A stretch of DNA of 64,000 nucleotides from Felis catus (Eukaryota): assembly GCF_018350175.1 (NCBI RefSeq), contig NC_058382.1, forward strand, positions 52,640,001-52,704,000, read 5' to 3'. This document shows, in pieces, positions 48,025 through 60,950 of this stretch. A program made the translations under genes and the position numbers. The number at the start of each line of letters is the position of its first letter. Positions within the stretch are counted from its first letter, which is position 1. The notes beneath the pieces are model-generated. The model was not told the DNA's origin. It ran no database searches and was given only the letters and a program-made list of their open reading frames with translations.

Positions 48025-48760
48025 TGTCAAATGAAGTCCAGACCACGACATGCCCGCTGGGATGGCTCTAAGTAGCCAGACTGACCAGACTAAGAATTGC
48101 ACGTGTGTGAAGGAACTGGACCTCTCAGCCGCTGCTGGTGGGAACAGAAAATGGTGCAACCACATTGGAAGACTGTTTGCCAGTTTCTTAAAAAGTTATA
48201 TGTGCCCCTGTCCTGTGACTCGGCAGTTCCACTCCTAGTAATTCACCTGAGACAAAGGGAAACCTATGTCCACACAAAGGCTTGCTTGTAAATGTTCGTA
48301 GCAGCTTTATTCAGAGAGCCAAACACTGGAAATAATCCAAATGCCCATCAAGTGGCGGATGGATGAACAATTGTGGAATAGCCACATAATGGAATATTAC
48401 TCAGCAATAAAAAGGAGCTAATTACTGATCCATTCGATAACATGGGTGAGCCTCAAAATCCTTACGCGTAGTGAAAGAAACGAGTCACAAAGACCGCGTA
48501 TTGTACGACCACATTTAGACAAAATTTCTAGAAAAGGTCAAACTACAGAGACACAAAGCAGCGCTGGGAATGAGTGGGAGGACTGACTGAAAATGGGCCT
48601 TTGATCTTGAAGTTCAACTTTTGGGGTTGAAAATATTCTAAGATTAGACTGGGGTGGTGATTGCACAACTGTATAAATTTACTAAAAATCATCAAACCAC
48701 GTGCAATGGTTAAGTCGTATGGTGTGAAGATGATACTTCAGTAAAGTCCTTTAAAACAAA
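48025..48760 (+). mobile_element. Old L1M (L1MB/L1ME-like) end of ORF2 plus 3' UTR
   Basis: GCTGGTGGGAACAGAAAATGGTGCAACCAC, CAGTTCCACTCCTAG, ATGGAATATTACTCAGCAATAAAAAGGA, GTGGTGATTGCACAACTGTATAAATTTACTAAAAATCAT. Confidence 0.9.
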
Positions 48761-49509
48761 CATGAACCCCAGGACCATTGAGCCAACTATGTGAGCCAAC
48801 AGCTAAAGGAACGTAGGAAGATTTTCACTAAATGTATTTAACACGCCAAATTCTGCTACTTTGTCCAGTTCAGCAGGGTCGTCTCTGCGATCAAAGAGAA
48901 GTAAATGACCCCAAATGACCATGTCCTAATGGTCAATGGTGACCCTTAGGAGAGCCTGTCGGGGCAGGAAAGAAGGGGCTATGGCCACTCTGTGTATGTA
49001 ACCTGGTGCTCTCTTTCGTTTGTAGTGCGTCTTTGGATCTCCAAGACATGTGCGCTTCTTTTTTCTTTTTCTGGTAATAAAACACACTTGCACGCACGTG
49101 TGCACACTTACGTACAAGTGATTTGTAAAAAGTCAGGATAACAAAACCAAGTTCATAAAGGATGAAAAATAAAAATGAGCCATCGTCCTATCACTCAGAG
49201 TCACTGTAAACATTTGTATAAGTTGAGACTACAATTATCTACCTGTTAGTATAGATAATTAAAACTCTATAGAGACTTTAGTCAACCATCAGCTGTCTTG
49301 GTAAGGCCCTGTGGGCTCTGGAGCCTTCTGGGTCTTGAGGAAGCTCGAAGTCACCGCGAAGCTCCAACCTGGCACCCCGTTTGGGATGAAGGCACTCAAG
49401 GGTTGGAAGGATCTCCAGGAAAGGGCAGGGGTTGGTCTTGACCATCCTCAATAGCTCCCAGATGTGCCCACGCACCCACACATCCGAACTGTGATGTCTC
49501 CACACTCAC

Positions 49510-50370
49510 AGTGGTTTTTCACAGATCACGTCCTTATCTTGCAATTGTCCCGACTACAGTCAGCAACATAAGTCTATACCCGGGAAGCGTGCACACCACT
49601 CCCTCCCACCTCACCCAGTAACAATTTAGGGTGAAAAACAGGATTCATGCCTCAAGTCAGGTCCATTTAAATGGCCAGTGGAAGTGGTATGTTGAAAGGG
49701 ACTCTGGAGCGGCACACGCACTCTTTGGGAAGGGATGTCACGATAGATTACAGATTCTGCTGTATTGTGGGGGCTCTGAGGAGTGGTGGCCTCTTTTCAA
49801 TGCATCTTCCACCCTGGTTTAGATGCATATGTGCTGCACAGTTGTAGATTTTTGTTCTCTGAATAGCAATAGGAATGGCCCCCACATAGCCTCTTAGCAG
49901 ACCCAAATGCCAGTGGAGGAGAGACTCAACCATTTTACATTAGAGTCAGTGTGCATGCACATGGTTGGTTTGTTTGTCTTCCAACTTATGGGGTCTCTGT
50001 TCCAAATAATTCAGGGGCTACCACTTCTGGAGAAGGTGGCATTTGCCATTGACATCGTCATCCTAGAAGTCTGTGTTTCTGTGGGCTTAAGGTTGTGAAA
50101 ACTCAGTGACACAGATCAAAGGGTCCTGGACTGATCTGTCTTCCAGTCCTCTAGGGGATTTGCTATGTCACCTACAAATCATTGATCAGAGTGTCTGTCA
50201 CCTGTCCATATGTGAGACCAGGTCTCCGTGCATTGACAGGGCATGGCTTCAACATCAAGCAGAGAAGGGGGGGGTCCCTATACCTCTCCAGAGGCTTTCT
50301 GGAAGCCAGGTGATGGGCTTCCTCAAGATTGTCTCCCTATGCAGCCAGGACTCTGATTTGTATTTTGTTT
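49510..50370 (-). mobile_element. Probable ancient RTE-clade LINE remnant (L4/RTE-X or MamRTE-like), decayed RT and C-terminal region
   Basis: Minus-strand translation across frameshifts gives colinear degenerate RTE motifs: DQ*FVGDIA (cf. NLRFADDI; 50161-50187), VNG..EVV..NYLE (cf. F.YLG; 50000-50011), AFG (49902-49910), TKIYN (49841-49855), GHL (49668-49676). Confidence 0.6.
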
Positions 50371-51069
50371 CATGACAATGACCCCATTTCTCTTCAGTTA
50401 AACGTATCGAAATGCATCATATGCATTTCACTCTACAAATCATATGCTTTCAAAGAAAAAGTTTTAAACATCTGTATTTTTAAATAATTTTATTTAAAAT
50501 ACCATTAAAAAGAGTATTAACTTTGTGACCCATAATATTTGTGGTTTCGATACATTTTACTAATTTTGAAATACAAATAATTTTTTCAGTATTTCAAAAC
50601 CTTGTGCCTCATGCGATGCTCATATGAGTTCTATGGGTATAACAACCACTTTGTTATTGAAAGTGTTTTTTTAATTAAAGGTATAAATATTTCTATACAT
50701 GAAGACATGTAGCTTCACATATAAAGAAAGCTGTCTATAAATTCAGAATTGTAAGTTTTTCATAGGGGAGTCATAGGGGCCCGTTAAAGGACATTTCCTT
50801 TGACCCTTCCATTTTACAGATGGGAATACTGAGGTCTAGGCTTGAATATGACTCACCATCATGATGATGGCCAGAACAGACACGATGTATCTGACCTATT
50901 ATTCAGTATTCCTATTTCTGTAGCAGATTGTCTCTAAACTTCAAACAAAAATCCAATCTTTTAAATATGTAGTGTTTCCTCTTCATCCCTCTTTGTCCCA
51001 CCAGCGCTTTTAAATCTGAAACTGTCTGCCCAGCTCTGCCTAAACATAACCTCAGAAGTTTCAAGTATC

Positions 51070-51456
51070 GGGGTGCCTGGGTGGCTCAGTCGGTTAAACG
51101 CCCGACCCTTGGTTTCGGCTCGGGTCATGATCTTGGAATTCGTGAGTTTGAGCCCCACATCGGGCTCTGCCCTGACAGCACAGAATCTCTTCTCTTCTCT
51201 TCTCTTCTCTCCTCTCTCCTCTCTCCTCTCTCCTCTCTCCTCTCTCCTCTCTCCTCTCTCCTCTCTCCTCTCTCCTCTCTCCTCTCTCCTCTCTCCTCTC
51301 TCCTCTCTCCTCTCTCCTCTCTCCTCTCTCCTCTCTCCTCTCTCCTCTCTCCCCTCCCCTCCCCTCCCCTCCCTCTCTCCCGTTCCTTCCCACTGGCACT
51401 GTCTCTGTCTCTGTCTCTTTCAAAATAAATAAACTTAAAAAAATTATTAAAAAAAA
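51070..51456 (+). mobile_element. Can-SINE with a greatly expanded internal pyrimidine repeat
   Basis: Typical head and tail; TSD AAGTTTCAAGTATC (51056-51069) / AAGTCTCAAGCATC (51457-51470). Confidence 0.95.
51186..51381. repeat. (TCTCT)5 (CCTCTCT)20 (CCCCT)4 compound repeat
   Basis: Directly counted; no purine on the + strand for 196 nt. Confidence 0.97.
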
Positions 51457-52449
51457 AAGTCTCAAGCATCCCACCTGTGAGGGTCTCATAGACTTCCAGT
51501 ATGGTTAATTCTTCAGGAAAATTAATTTCAAGTAAAACAGTTAAAAACATTACCCCCAACTGCATGTAGAAGCAACTGGGTAAATATTTATCAAATATCG
51601 AATGAATGAACAAATGGCATTTCTGCAATGAATGTAATCATTTCCAACATTCCTGGGGCTTTTTTTTTTTTTCTTCAATGAGGCAGCCAGGAATAATAAC
51701 CCAACTGCTGCCACGAGACCGGAAGACGAGGGGATCTCTTCCTCAGTGTCTTTGTCCTTGTTCTTGCAACCTGTTTGCACTGCCGAACTTCCTGAATGCC
51801 CTTGTCACCACGGCAGGAGGAGGGGGCAGATGAACTGGAGCCCGGGCACCTGGACGAAAGCCTGGTGATGTTCACAAAGCACCAGGGGGACAAATGAACG
51901 GTTGGTGTAGGCTTTGGTTCAGCTCAGGGCTGTGTCCACAGCAGAGCCTGGCTCTTCTGCACCGGGGTGGTCCAAGGGGAGTCTTGTAATCTGCCGGTAA
52001 CACCCGCCTCGAAGGGGCCGGTTTACCCCGGGGTGACTCGAGCTGTGGCCACAGTCCCACTTAAACGCAAATTGAGGCTTACCAGGAAATGGCTCAGAAG
52101 GCAGGCTCCAGAGAAATGGCTATTAGTCTGCCCAGGTCAGTCCTTTCAGGCCCCTTGACCTACCTCCTTCCGGTCCTGCCCTCTGTAGACCCTGCCTTTT
52201 CCCAGAATGCCACTCGTTAAAGACCAACTAACAAGAAGGGAGCCGTCTGTGGCCAGGGCACAGATGTCGTCTATCAAGCCTTCCCACCAACCTTTGAAGT
52301 CTGCGCTAAGATGTACAATTGCCTACCTTATCTGATGAGGAATTAGAAAGGGAAAAAGGGCAAGGAGCTCTATTATTCATCATGGCAAGTGCTTTCCGGA
52401 GGCAGCTGGAACCCCAGCGCCATTGCTGTTCACTGTAAGAGCTGAGCAA

Positions 52450-52600
52450 AACTGCTCAACTGCTTCATTTCTCCAAGTCTCAGTTTCCTCACACGTAAAG
52501 TGGGGATAATGAAATAATGTAGGGCAAATGCCTCCTGCATTGAGAGCAAGCACTCAACCATTGTGTTATTCAAACTATTATTCATATTGTCATTATGAAA
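52450..52600 (+). mobile_element. MIR SINE
   Basis: TCTCCAAGTCTCAGTTTCCTCACACGTAAAGTGGGGATAAT core. Confidence 0.8.
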
Positions 52601-52756
52601 ATGGCCTCCTTGTTTCAAGAAGGGGCTTAAAGGAGAGGCTTGGTTTAAAGGTGAGACAGCAAGCTAGAGCAGGAATAAGGAGACAGGGTGTCAGACAGAT
52701 GTGGCCTCTGTGGCCTTGGGCAAATGCATTCACTTCTCTGAGCCTCAGTTTCCTTC

Positions 52757-52792
<36 letters not shown>

Positions 52793-52800
52793 AGGGAGTG

Positions 52801-53011
52801 TTTTCTCTTTAAATTGAAGTTTATTTATTTTGAGAGAGAGAGAGAGTGCATGCTAGGAAGGGACAGAGAGAAAGAGACAGAGAATCCCAAGCAGGCCTTG
52901 CAGTGTCAGTGCAGAGCCTGATATGGGGGTCAAACTCAAGCACTGAGAGATCTTGACCTGAGCCGAAATCAACGGTCGGATGCTTAACTGACTGAGCCAC
53001 GCAGGTGCCCC
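52801..53011 (-). mobile_element. Can-SINE, inserted in a MIR next to a (TG)n tract (52757-52789)
   Basis: TTTATTTATTTTGAGAGAGAG tail and CTTAACTGACTGAGCCACGCAGGTGCCCC head; MIR core CTCTGAGCCTCAGTTTCC just upstream. Confidence 0.93.
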
Positions 53012-55782
53012 TGTGTTAAAATGAGTATTATTGAAAATGCCATGGAGCACAGGGTAGGAATTCAGTAAGTTCCCACTTTCTTTTTCCCATTCTCTTCCTC
53101 ACATCTCATTTGCCTAGAGCCAATGCTGGAGGCTACGGACATGCTGTCCCCAGTCTCTGCTGAGCTCCTCATTGGTTGTTATTAAAGGACATCTACCACA
53201 TGCTCAAATCCCCGGCCAAGTGCTCATCCTCTTCTGTCTCTTGAAGTGAGTCTTAGCTACATGGATATATTCAGTTGGTGAAGAATTGGAAGTATGCACT
53301 TATTATATGTGTACGTTTCTGCGTGTATATTATACTTCTATTAAAAAAAATATTTCCTAAGCTATCGCAGGTAAAGAGATTTGAATACCATTAGTTACCT
53401 GCTCATACTTGGAACCAAGGAGGGACTAGTACTCATTATCAGAGGTCTGGTTATCACCCTTCAAATTTACTGTCTCCTCACATTGATTTTTTTTTTAATA
53501 GTGGTACAAATGTTTACTATCTAGCAAAAGTAGTAAGAAACTACGAGGCTCAGTCCATTCCGAACTGAGCCTTTGGTAGATAGCCATTCACTTAGGATGT
53601 TGGGAGAGCTCCCTGCCTTTGCCAGGCCGTGCGCTTAGGCACTGGAAATATATCTGATGGGACAGTGACTGAGAAGATCCCAGTCTCTCTCGAACTTGCA
53701 TTCTGCAACTCGCAAATGTATAACACTACCCATAGCGGTAAGCATTTGAAGTGTTCAAGGGGTAAAGAGGCTCCACCATGGCATGAGGAAGGACACCTGC
53801 CGGTCAGGAAAGGGGGCTCGGATGAGGCATCCTGAACAGACATGATCTGGAGAGAGAGCAGGGCACCGGCCGTCAGGGTAAAGCAGACCAGCGAGAAAGA
53901 ACAGCATTTGGTAAAACTTTAGAGTCTCGCTCCCCTGCCTTACAGTTCTGGTTTTGCTGTGTACCACCTGGGTCATCTCTGGTACCTCGTGGGAACTCTC
54001 TGGGCCTGAGCAAATGCCTGCCCCGCGGCCTGCGGCATCTCCTGGCTTACAGGAAGACTCGATGTTATTAATGGCAAAAGGTGTGTCGATGCTCTCCACT
54101 TAGGGTTCAGATGGCAGGTGATGGCAAGACATTGACAGGGGCTAGTGGAAAAAAAAATCGAAATGTCTCCAGTGTGTCTGGACACAGAAGAATTCTTCTT
54201 GCCTTTTTTTTTTTCCTAAATGTAGTGATTCAGGAAGTAATTGTGGGATCACAAAACATCTACTCAACGGTTCCAAGCATACCCTCTTAGGGAAGCCTTC
54301 TGCATACGTGTGTGTTTGGCCAAGACTCAAGATTAGAGGTGATCTCCATTGGACCTCCCTAAAGGAGATGGTCGATGATCCCTTAGACACCTCACTAAGG
54401 CCAAGACCCCCCCTTCAAGCACATAGATCCAACCATAAAAAAACAAAACATGCATTTGAACTATGTATCTCTACCCCAGTGGCTTTCAAGAGTTGGTCTC
54501 TTAAAGGAATGTCCCCTAACCCACGCTTTTGATATTGTTATTAATTCCTAGTGAGGTGGAGAAAAGCACCGTCTTCCTGCCCAGTAGACTCAGTGTGGAC
54601 CCCGAAGAGGGTATGGGGCTGGCCCTTCACTTCTCGAGTTTGAATTCAGGGATGGTGGAAGATTGCATGAGATTAAGCAGCTCAGAAGACGAGGAAAAGC
54701 CTGCTCTAATTTCATTGCTGTGTTCACCACTTTTTTTTTTTTCTTTTTTGAGGGCTCTGCTGCTCCTGGTAAATCAAGTAATAGGTTTCTGTTAAAGACC
54801 TCAGCTTTCTGGTCTCGGTGACAGCAGTCTTGCTTTGTAAGCCATTCTCTCCATTTATTATTCTCCCAGTATAGGAGAGTCTTCCGGTGTCTATTCCAAA
54901 TTAGTATTTCTCTAATTTTCAAGTGTCAGATCTGCCCGGCTCAGATAAAAAACTAGCAACTCAATTTGACAGGCTTTACATTAAGGGGACAGGCTGTTTT
55001 GGTTATTATTTAATCTTCTTCTTCTTCTTTCTTTTTTTTATCCCCCTATCTGTTTCCTGGTTATAGAGAATTCACTTTGCCCATCTTCCTGACTGTTCAT
55101 ATTGCTTATCTCAAGGTGGGTATCCTCAGAATCCCAGTGCATTTCCCCGGCCACGTTTCACAGGAGCTTAGGAAGACACAGGCAAACCTATAAGCGAGAC
55201 TTGGGTTTCCTAAGCCCCAGTGGCAATTTCCTGCTCGATTACAACTCTGTATACCCTTTCGGTTTGCTTGTCAGCACTGGCCCTGCATGTCCTGGATAAT
55301 CCTGCAGTTGGTGACAGGGTTATTGACTTCTAGGTTTCTAAGGCATCTCTTAGTCAGTTGTGTTTTTTTGTGTTGTTTTTTTTTTTTTTTTTTAAGGATT
55401 CTCCCTCCCTCTTATTGCTTTGTAGAAACTTGTTCCAATTCTTTCTCCTGGTACTCTCTGGCCCGTGAGTACCTGGGAATACTCACACTCTCTTATCTAG
55501 TCCTACCCATTGGTGTTGTTTTGAGCTATGCCCACTTTGGGCCTCCCACCCTCTCTCTTATTTTTATAAACAGACTCCATGATAATATATATACTACAGA
55601 TGGATGGCAGCCAGCACGTTCTCTTTTGTGCTGAGAAAGTTTCCATCTTTCAACTAGTTTACATGACTTCCCTGCACATCCTACCTTATAATCTTTTTAT
55701 AAATTTTGGTTTACACTGTAACAATGTAGGACACTTAAGGTTCTGTTTCTTTTCTGCCCTGTCTCTTCTTTCACCAGCTGTC

Positions 55783-56003
55783 TTTAAATTTTTTTTAATG
55801 TTTATTCATTTTTGAGAGACAGAAAGAGACAGAGTGTGAGCAGGGGAGGGGCAGAGAGAGAGAGGGAGACACAGAATCCAAAGCAGGCTCCAGGGTCTGA
55901 GCTGTTAGCACAGAGCCCGATGCGGGGCTCGAACTCACAGACCGCGAGATCATGACCTGAGCCGAAGTCAGACACTCAACCGACTCAGCCACCCAGGCAC
56001 CCA
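55783..56003 (-). mobile_element. Can-SINE (feliform type)
   Basis: Full-length reverse-complement copy ending CGACTCAGCCACCCAGGCACCC. Confidence 0.95.
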
Positions 56004-57169
56004 CCCCCCACCTCAGCTATGTTTAAAAGCCATTCTAAAACTTCTTCTTTTAAGATTATACCCTTCACACCTCAGTCTAAATAATGGCTATTTTTGGTCA
56101 CGCCCTTTCTTTCTCCTGCACTTTGGGTTTCATCTAGCTCCTGCCCTACTGTCCTTCTGTAAAAAGGGCGCATTTCCCGTTACTCTCCTGTGACAGCAAC
56201 TCACCAATTCTCTGTTGTAATCAACAGATAGATTTTGAATGTCTGACTCTTTATGAAAAAATAAATAAAAGGATTTTCAAGGGTAAGACCTGCCATCTTG
56301 TGAACGTCAAAGAAGTTTTCTCATTCACCTTTTTCCTTCTTTCTCTCCCACTCTTTAATTTGTTAATGCTTTCGACTGACTTTGCTTTGGATAATTTTCA
56401 AAGAACCACTTCCCCCAAGAGATCTCTAAAAGGCAGAAGTTCTGGCTATTAAAGATTTGCCATTCTCAGAACAACCCAGTTAGGGTACCCTCAGGTTATT
56501 TATAACTGGATTTTATCTCAGAAAATTAACTAAAAGAAGATTAACCAAAAATCTAAAGGAAAATGCCTTAAACACCTCATCTATTATGCTGTGCTCAAAC
56601 AGATATTTTCATCTTAACAGCTTGGCAAACCCAGTGGAATGCTCTTTCTAGTTTGGGGCATAAAATAAGATAACACTCTGAATTCCTACAGGAAATCTTG
56701 AAACGCTACTTAAAATTAAGGCATAAAGTATGAAAATGTGAGTTTCCTCTGTATAGTCTTATTACTTTGCCTGTTAACTTAAGTGGTTCCCATTTCTGAT
56801 GGTTCGAAGAGCCCCAGGACATTTAAATACCTCTTCTAGAAACAAATACTTTTCCTTAAAAGCCCTCCCAGGTTACGACTAAGTCATGAGCTTGAATCGG
56901 TAATGCAGAAGGTCTTGTGTTTGGACATTTCCCCCATCTTCTGATTTACCCAAATGAGAGAGGAAGCCAGAAAAGAGTCCTACTTCATCCATCCAGGATT
57001 TTGTTCATTACATCCCATTTCAGGCCAATTAAAAGACAAAGTGTTCACGACAAGATACAAGGACTTTGATTTGATGTCTGCCCCGCCTGCCTTCATGCTC
57101 AGACCTGTTTGCCTCCTCCCTCTGACCTGCCGGCCTCCTCCCTTTGACCTGTCTCCATCTTCTTTTCTC

Positions 57170-57560
57170 TCATCCTTCTTCAGCCATTCCTCAAACCAGG
57201 TGTGCTGCTGTCCCGGGGGGTTTGCTTCTGCAGTTTCCTCTGTCTGGAATGTTCTTACATAGTGCCTTGGTCTATTCCTCTCCATTCAGGGCTTTGATCC
57301 AAAGTCACTTTGTCGGTGAAGTCTTTCCTCACCACTTGTTTTCAAATAGTAACCTGCGTCCTGATCTCTGTACCCTCCTCCTTTCCCCCGATGCATCTTT
57401 CTTAGTCCGTCATGTAGATACAGATGTAAACATATATGTTCATTCTCCTGCCCTCCAGAATGTACGTTCATGAGATGTTTATCTGTTTTGCTCACGAGGG
57501 CCTACAGGAGTGCTCAACACATGGAAGGCAGTTAATCAATGTTTGTGGAATAAGTGAATC
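57170..57560 (+). mobile_element. L2 LINE 3' fragment
   Basis: TTTGCTTCTGCAGTTTCCTCTGTCTGGAATGTTCTT...CAGAATGTACGTTCATGAG...AATGTTTGTGGAATAAGTGAAT. Confidence 0.75.
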
Positions 57561-58099
57561 CAGAACTACCCCTGGATAGATAATACACAACTCACTCTAT
57601 CATAGCAACACAGATAGTCTGTTACGCATTTTGCAGGCTAGCCAAACAGTCTAAGAAGTTAAGTGCCTTGCGTAAGATCCCCAAGATCACCAACTGGATG
57701 AGAGGGGATTTGAAACAAATTCTGGTCAATTCCAGATTCCTCTCGTCTGCTTCTTAGATGCCCAATAAATTAGAATTTTTTAATAGGCTCCCAAAGACCC
57801 GTTCTCATTTGTGTCTGTCAGTGGCGACAAGCTCCCTGGAAGCTGCCTCTCTAGATACCTTAGAATACCTTCTCCTGGCTCCAGAAGTATCCACTGGGGT
57901 TTTGAATCTCATTGTCCAACTCCTGAATAGCTGTCTTATTTGGGGAGGTGAGGTGGCATAATGATCAGGAGAGCAGAATGAGCCACAACCCATTAGCTGC
58001 GTGATCTTGGACAGACGATGTAGCCTGCCTGAGTCGCCGTTAAGTACATCCTGAGTGGTAGTCTGGTATGGCATTGAAAAGCATACCCCTTGCAGGAAG

Positions 58100-58432
58100 T
58101 CCCCGGGGTTTAATCCCTGGCCCTGTCATTGTGTGATTGGTCACAACTTCCGGGCAAATGAACTTCTGTAAATCTCAGTTTACTGCTCTGCTAAATGGGA
58201 TAATAGGAATCATAACAATGTTACAGGGTTTTGGAGGAGGGTCACATGAAATGATACCTATAAAGGACTTGGTTCATTCTCTGAAGCACACTAGCTACAA
58301 TGTTAGCTGTTATCATGAGTCTTATTACCATCTATTTCATAGGGTCACCATGAAGACTTGAGATACTTTGTGTAAAGAATGTAGCACCCTGCTTGGTGCA
58401 TGTAAGGATTCAGTAAATGTTATCAATGTTAT
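58100..58432 (+). mobile_element. Tandem MIR fragments
   Basis: TCTCAGTTTACTGCTCTGCTAAATGGGATAATA core, and two 3' ends (AATGTTAGCTGTTAT; CAGTAAATGTTATC). Confidence 0.7.
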
Positions 58433-60779
58433 TCCTTAATTGCGTCTATATCCCCCTTCCCTCTAATACCCAGCAGTCTGGCTTCTACCCAGCTATGTTC
58501 CTGAAATTGCTTTCTTCAAAGCAACAAGTTCTAACTTCCATAACCCTACGTATTTGTTGAGGCAGAAAAACCCAGGGAGGAAAATCAAGGAGGTTGAGTG
58601 TAAGCTGCATAGCCTTCAAGGACACAGACCTCAGTTTCCTCACCCGGAAAAAGGGCCAATAGCTCTTGCCTGGCAGTGTGGGGATATGTGGATTTTTCAT
58701 CTCCATTTGAAATACAACAAATCCTTGATCGGGGTGGGAGGGAGGCTCTGTCATGATGACAACCGCAGTAGTGACAATGTTGTTCTTTCAATTGTCTTAT
58801 TTCAAACTTCCACTTAGTCCATTGATGCCTTATGGGCAGATATGTCTTATGATATTTCAGGATCTCTTCCACATCCCCAGATATCTAACACCATCCTGGA
58901 CATAGGGCCGATTCTCAAAAAACAAAAACAAAAACAAATCGGTGATTGATAACGTGTCCACTAAACCCATTTTCCCACTTGCTTTCCAAGAGGCAACACT
59001 GTTGTGCCTACAAGTACTTTCTAACAGTCTGTAATCTCTAGGGTCTTTTGTATTATTATTCAGCTTCAGCCTTTTATTTTTTCCCAAACATTTGGAAAGC
59101 CTGTACGATGGTTTCAACTGACCAAGAATTTATATGAAAATGTTGATCTAGGAAAAGGGTGAAAGCAGAGAGAATGACCCAAGTTCATGGTGCCATGTGC
59201 AACCTGCCACACAGTTGTTTTTGTGAGTTACAAACCCGGGGTCTATTTTGTGGCTTATTTCATAATCTTGCAGAGATGTTGGATCAAATCAAGCGTCAGA
59301 AAAGACGCCAGCCCCAAACGGAGGTGACTTTGCTGTATTTGCAGTTTTCCCTCTTATTAACATGAAAACACTTTACATGGTTGGAAACATCTAAAGGCTA
59401 TTTTTTATTTTATTTTCCATTACTTCACTCTGCTGCTTTAACCCGTACCTGTGGAAATGAGACTGTCACCTGCTTTTAGCATCCTGTTTTCTTTCGTGTT
59501 TGTAATGAAGCCTTCTGGGAATCGCGCGATTACAAAAATGAGTTACAAATCCTCATTCGGTATACAAAAGTCTGTAGCTGCCTTCCTTCTCTGTTTAAAT
59601 AGTCTACAAAACAAGAAATAATTAGTCGAGCACTATCGGTAATTAAGCACATAAGATGAACATTAAAGAAACTGCAATCTTGCATCATTTTGGAGGTGGA
59701 TAGGCAGGTTTCCGCGTTTGGAATCCGGCCAAAATGCCCATCTTCATTCCCTCTGCTCCTTATTTATTACCGGCGAGGGAATTTTCTTGCTTAACTTGCT
59801 GATGTGCTCTTGCCGGAGGTCCGTCCGAGAGTTCACGTAAGTGTGAGCCGCTGTTTTGTTTTTCTGGTTTTTGGTTTTTTGTGTTTTTTTTGGGGGGTGG
59901 GGGGTGGGGAGTTGTCTTGTTTTTTGACAACACCACCGTTGGGAAAGGATGATTTCAAAGAACTTGATATATGAAGAGTGGAAAGACGATGCTTCCCCCC
60001 AACACAGGGAGTGCGTTTTGAACTTGAGATCAGTTCACAATTCAGAGAACTGGCCTGCCTTCGTGCACATGACATCTGCTCAGAAGTATTTATAAAACCC
60101 TGTTTCTGTTTTTCTGAACACTCCTTCTCATTTGGTGTTTCCTCTTCAGGCCCCTTGAGCTTCTTGTGAAATCTTGTCAACATCGTCACCACTACACAGG
60201 CAAACTCTGAAAGATTTGGCAGTGTGAGGTAGCCAGGCTTTTCTGGAAGACCAAAACTTCTCGAAAACTGATTTATAGGTTTTGATGAAAATGTATTTAT
60301 TTCCAAGGAAAATACGAAGATCAAACTTTCCAACCCGTTTAGACTGGAAAATTAAATATTCATCTAATAAACACTTGGGCGTACCTGTTATTTGCCAGGC
60401 ACAAAAGGAATAGTGTCCTTGAGGCAGTGACTGTCAGGCTTTGTGATCAAGCCTAATTAAGACTCAATGTTGAGTACTTTTGTCACATTGCGCTGCATTC
60501 CTGCTAGTTCCATGATGTGAAATCCAGATAGAAAATATTTGTGCATGACATGCCAGACTTCCATTAATCACCCAAGAAGTGATAGAATGAGCCGTGATTT
60601 TTCTTGTGGCTTTTCTACCCCCAGATGGTTCTGTTGCTTGCATGGCTTCAATAGTGCCTCTATGGATATAGGCAGTTTTCTCTGGAATTAGAAAGAACTA
60701 CACTAAATAGCATTCTCCATTTCACCTGTGATTTCTTTTTTACAGTTAGATAAATGCCGTAAGGTCAACACTTCCTAAT

Positions 60780-60950
60780 GTATGTATAGTATGTTACAGT
60801 TTCCAAAGCGCTCCCTACACAAGCATATCTAGGGAGCGAGGACAATATTAGTTTCCCCATTTTATAGCTACTGGATAACAGGCCCAGAGAGGTTCAGTGT
60901 CTTGCCCAAGATGACACAGTGATCTAGCAGAGCCAAGATGATCTTTTTCA
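60780..60950 (-). mobile_element. MIR SINE
   Basis: CCCCATTTTATAG...AGGCCCAGAGAGGTTCAGTGTCTTGCCCAAGATGACACAG. Confidence 0.75.

Noticed and set aside
51073..51628. Low-complexity ORFs (SSLLSPL / ERREERG repeats)
   Set aside because: Artefacts of translating the heptamer repeat inside a SINE.
51879..51892. Other CTCF-like strings (GCACCAGGGGGACA here; GGACCAGGGGGAGC near 2076)
   Set aside because: Two or more mismatches at informative core positions; not supportable without a matrix scan or ChIP data.
59833..60333. 166-aa minus-strand ORF
   Set aside because: Non-ATG start, no recognisable domain, and the C-terminus derives from a simple T/G-rich tract.
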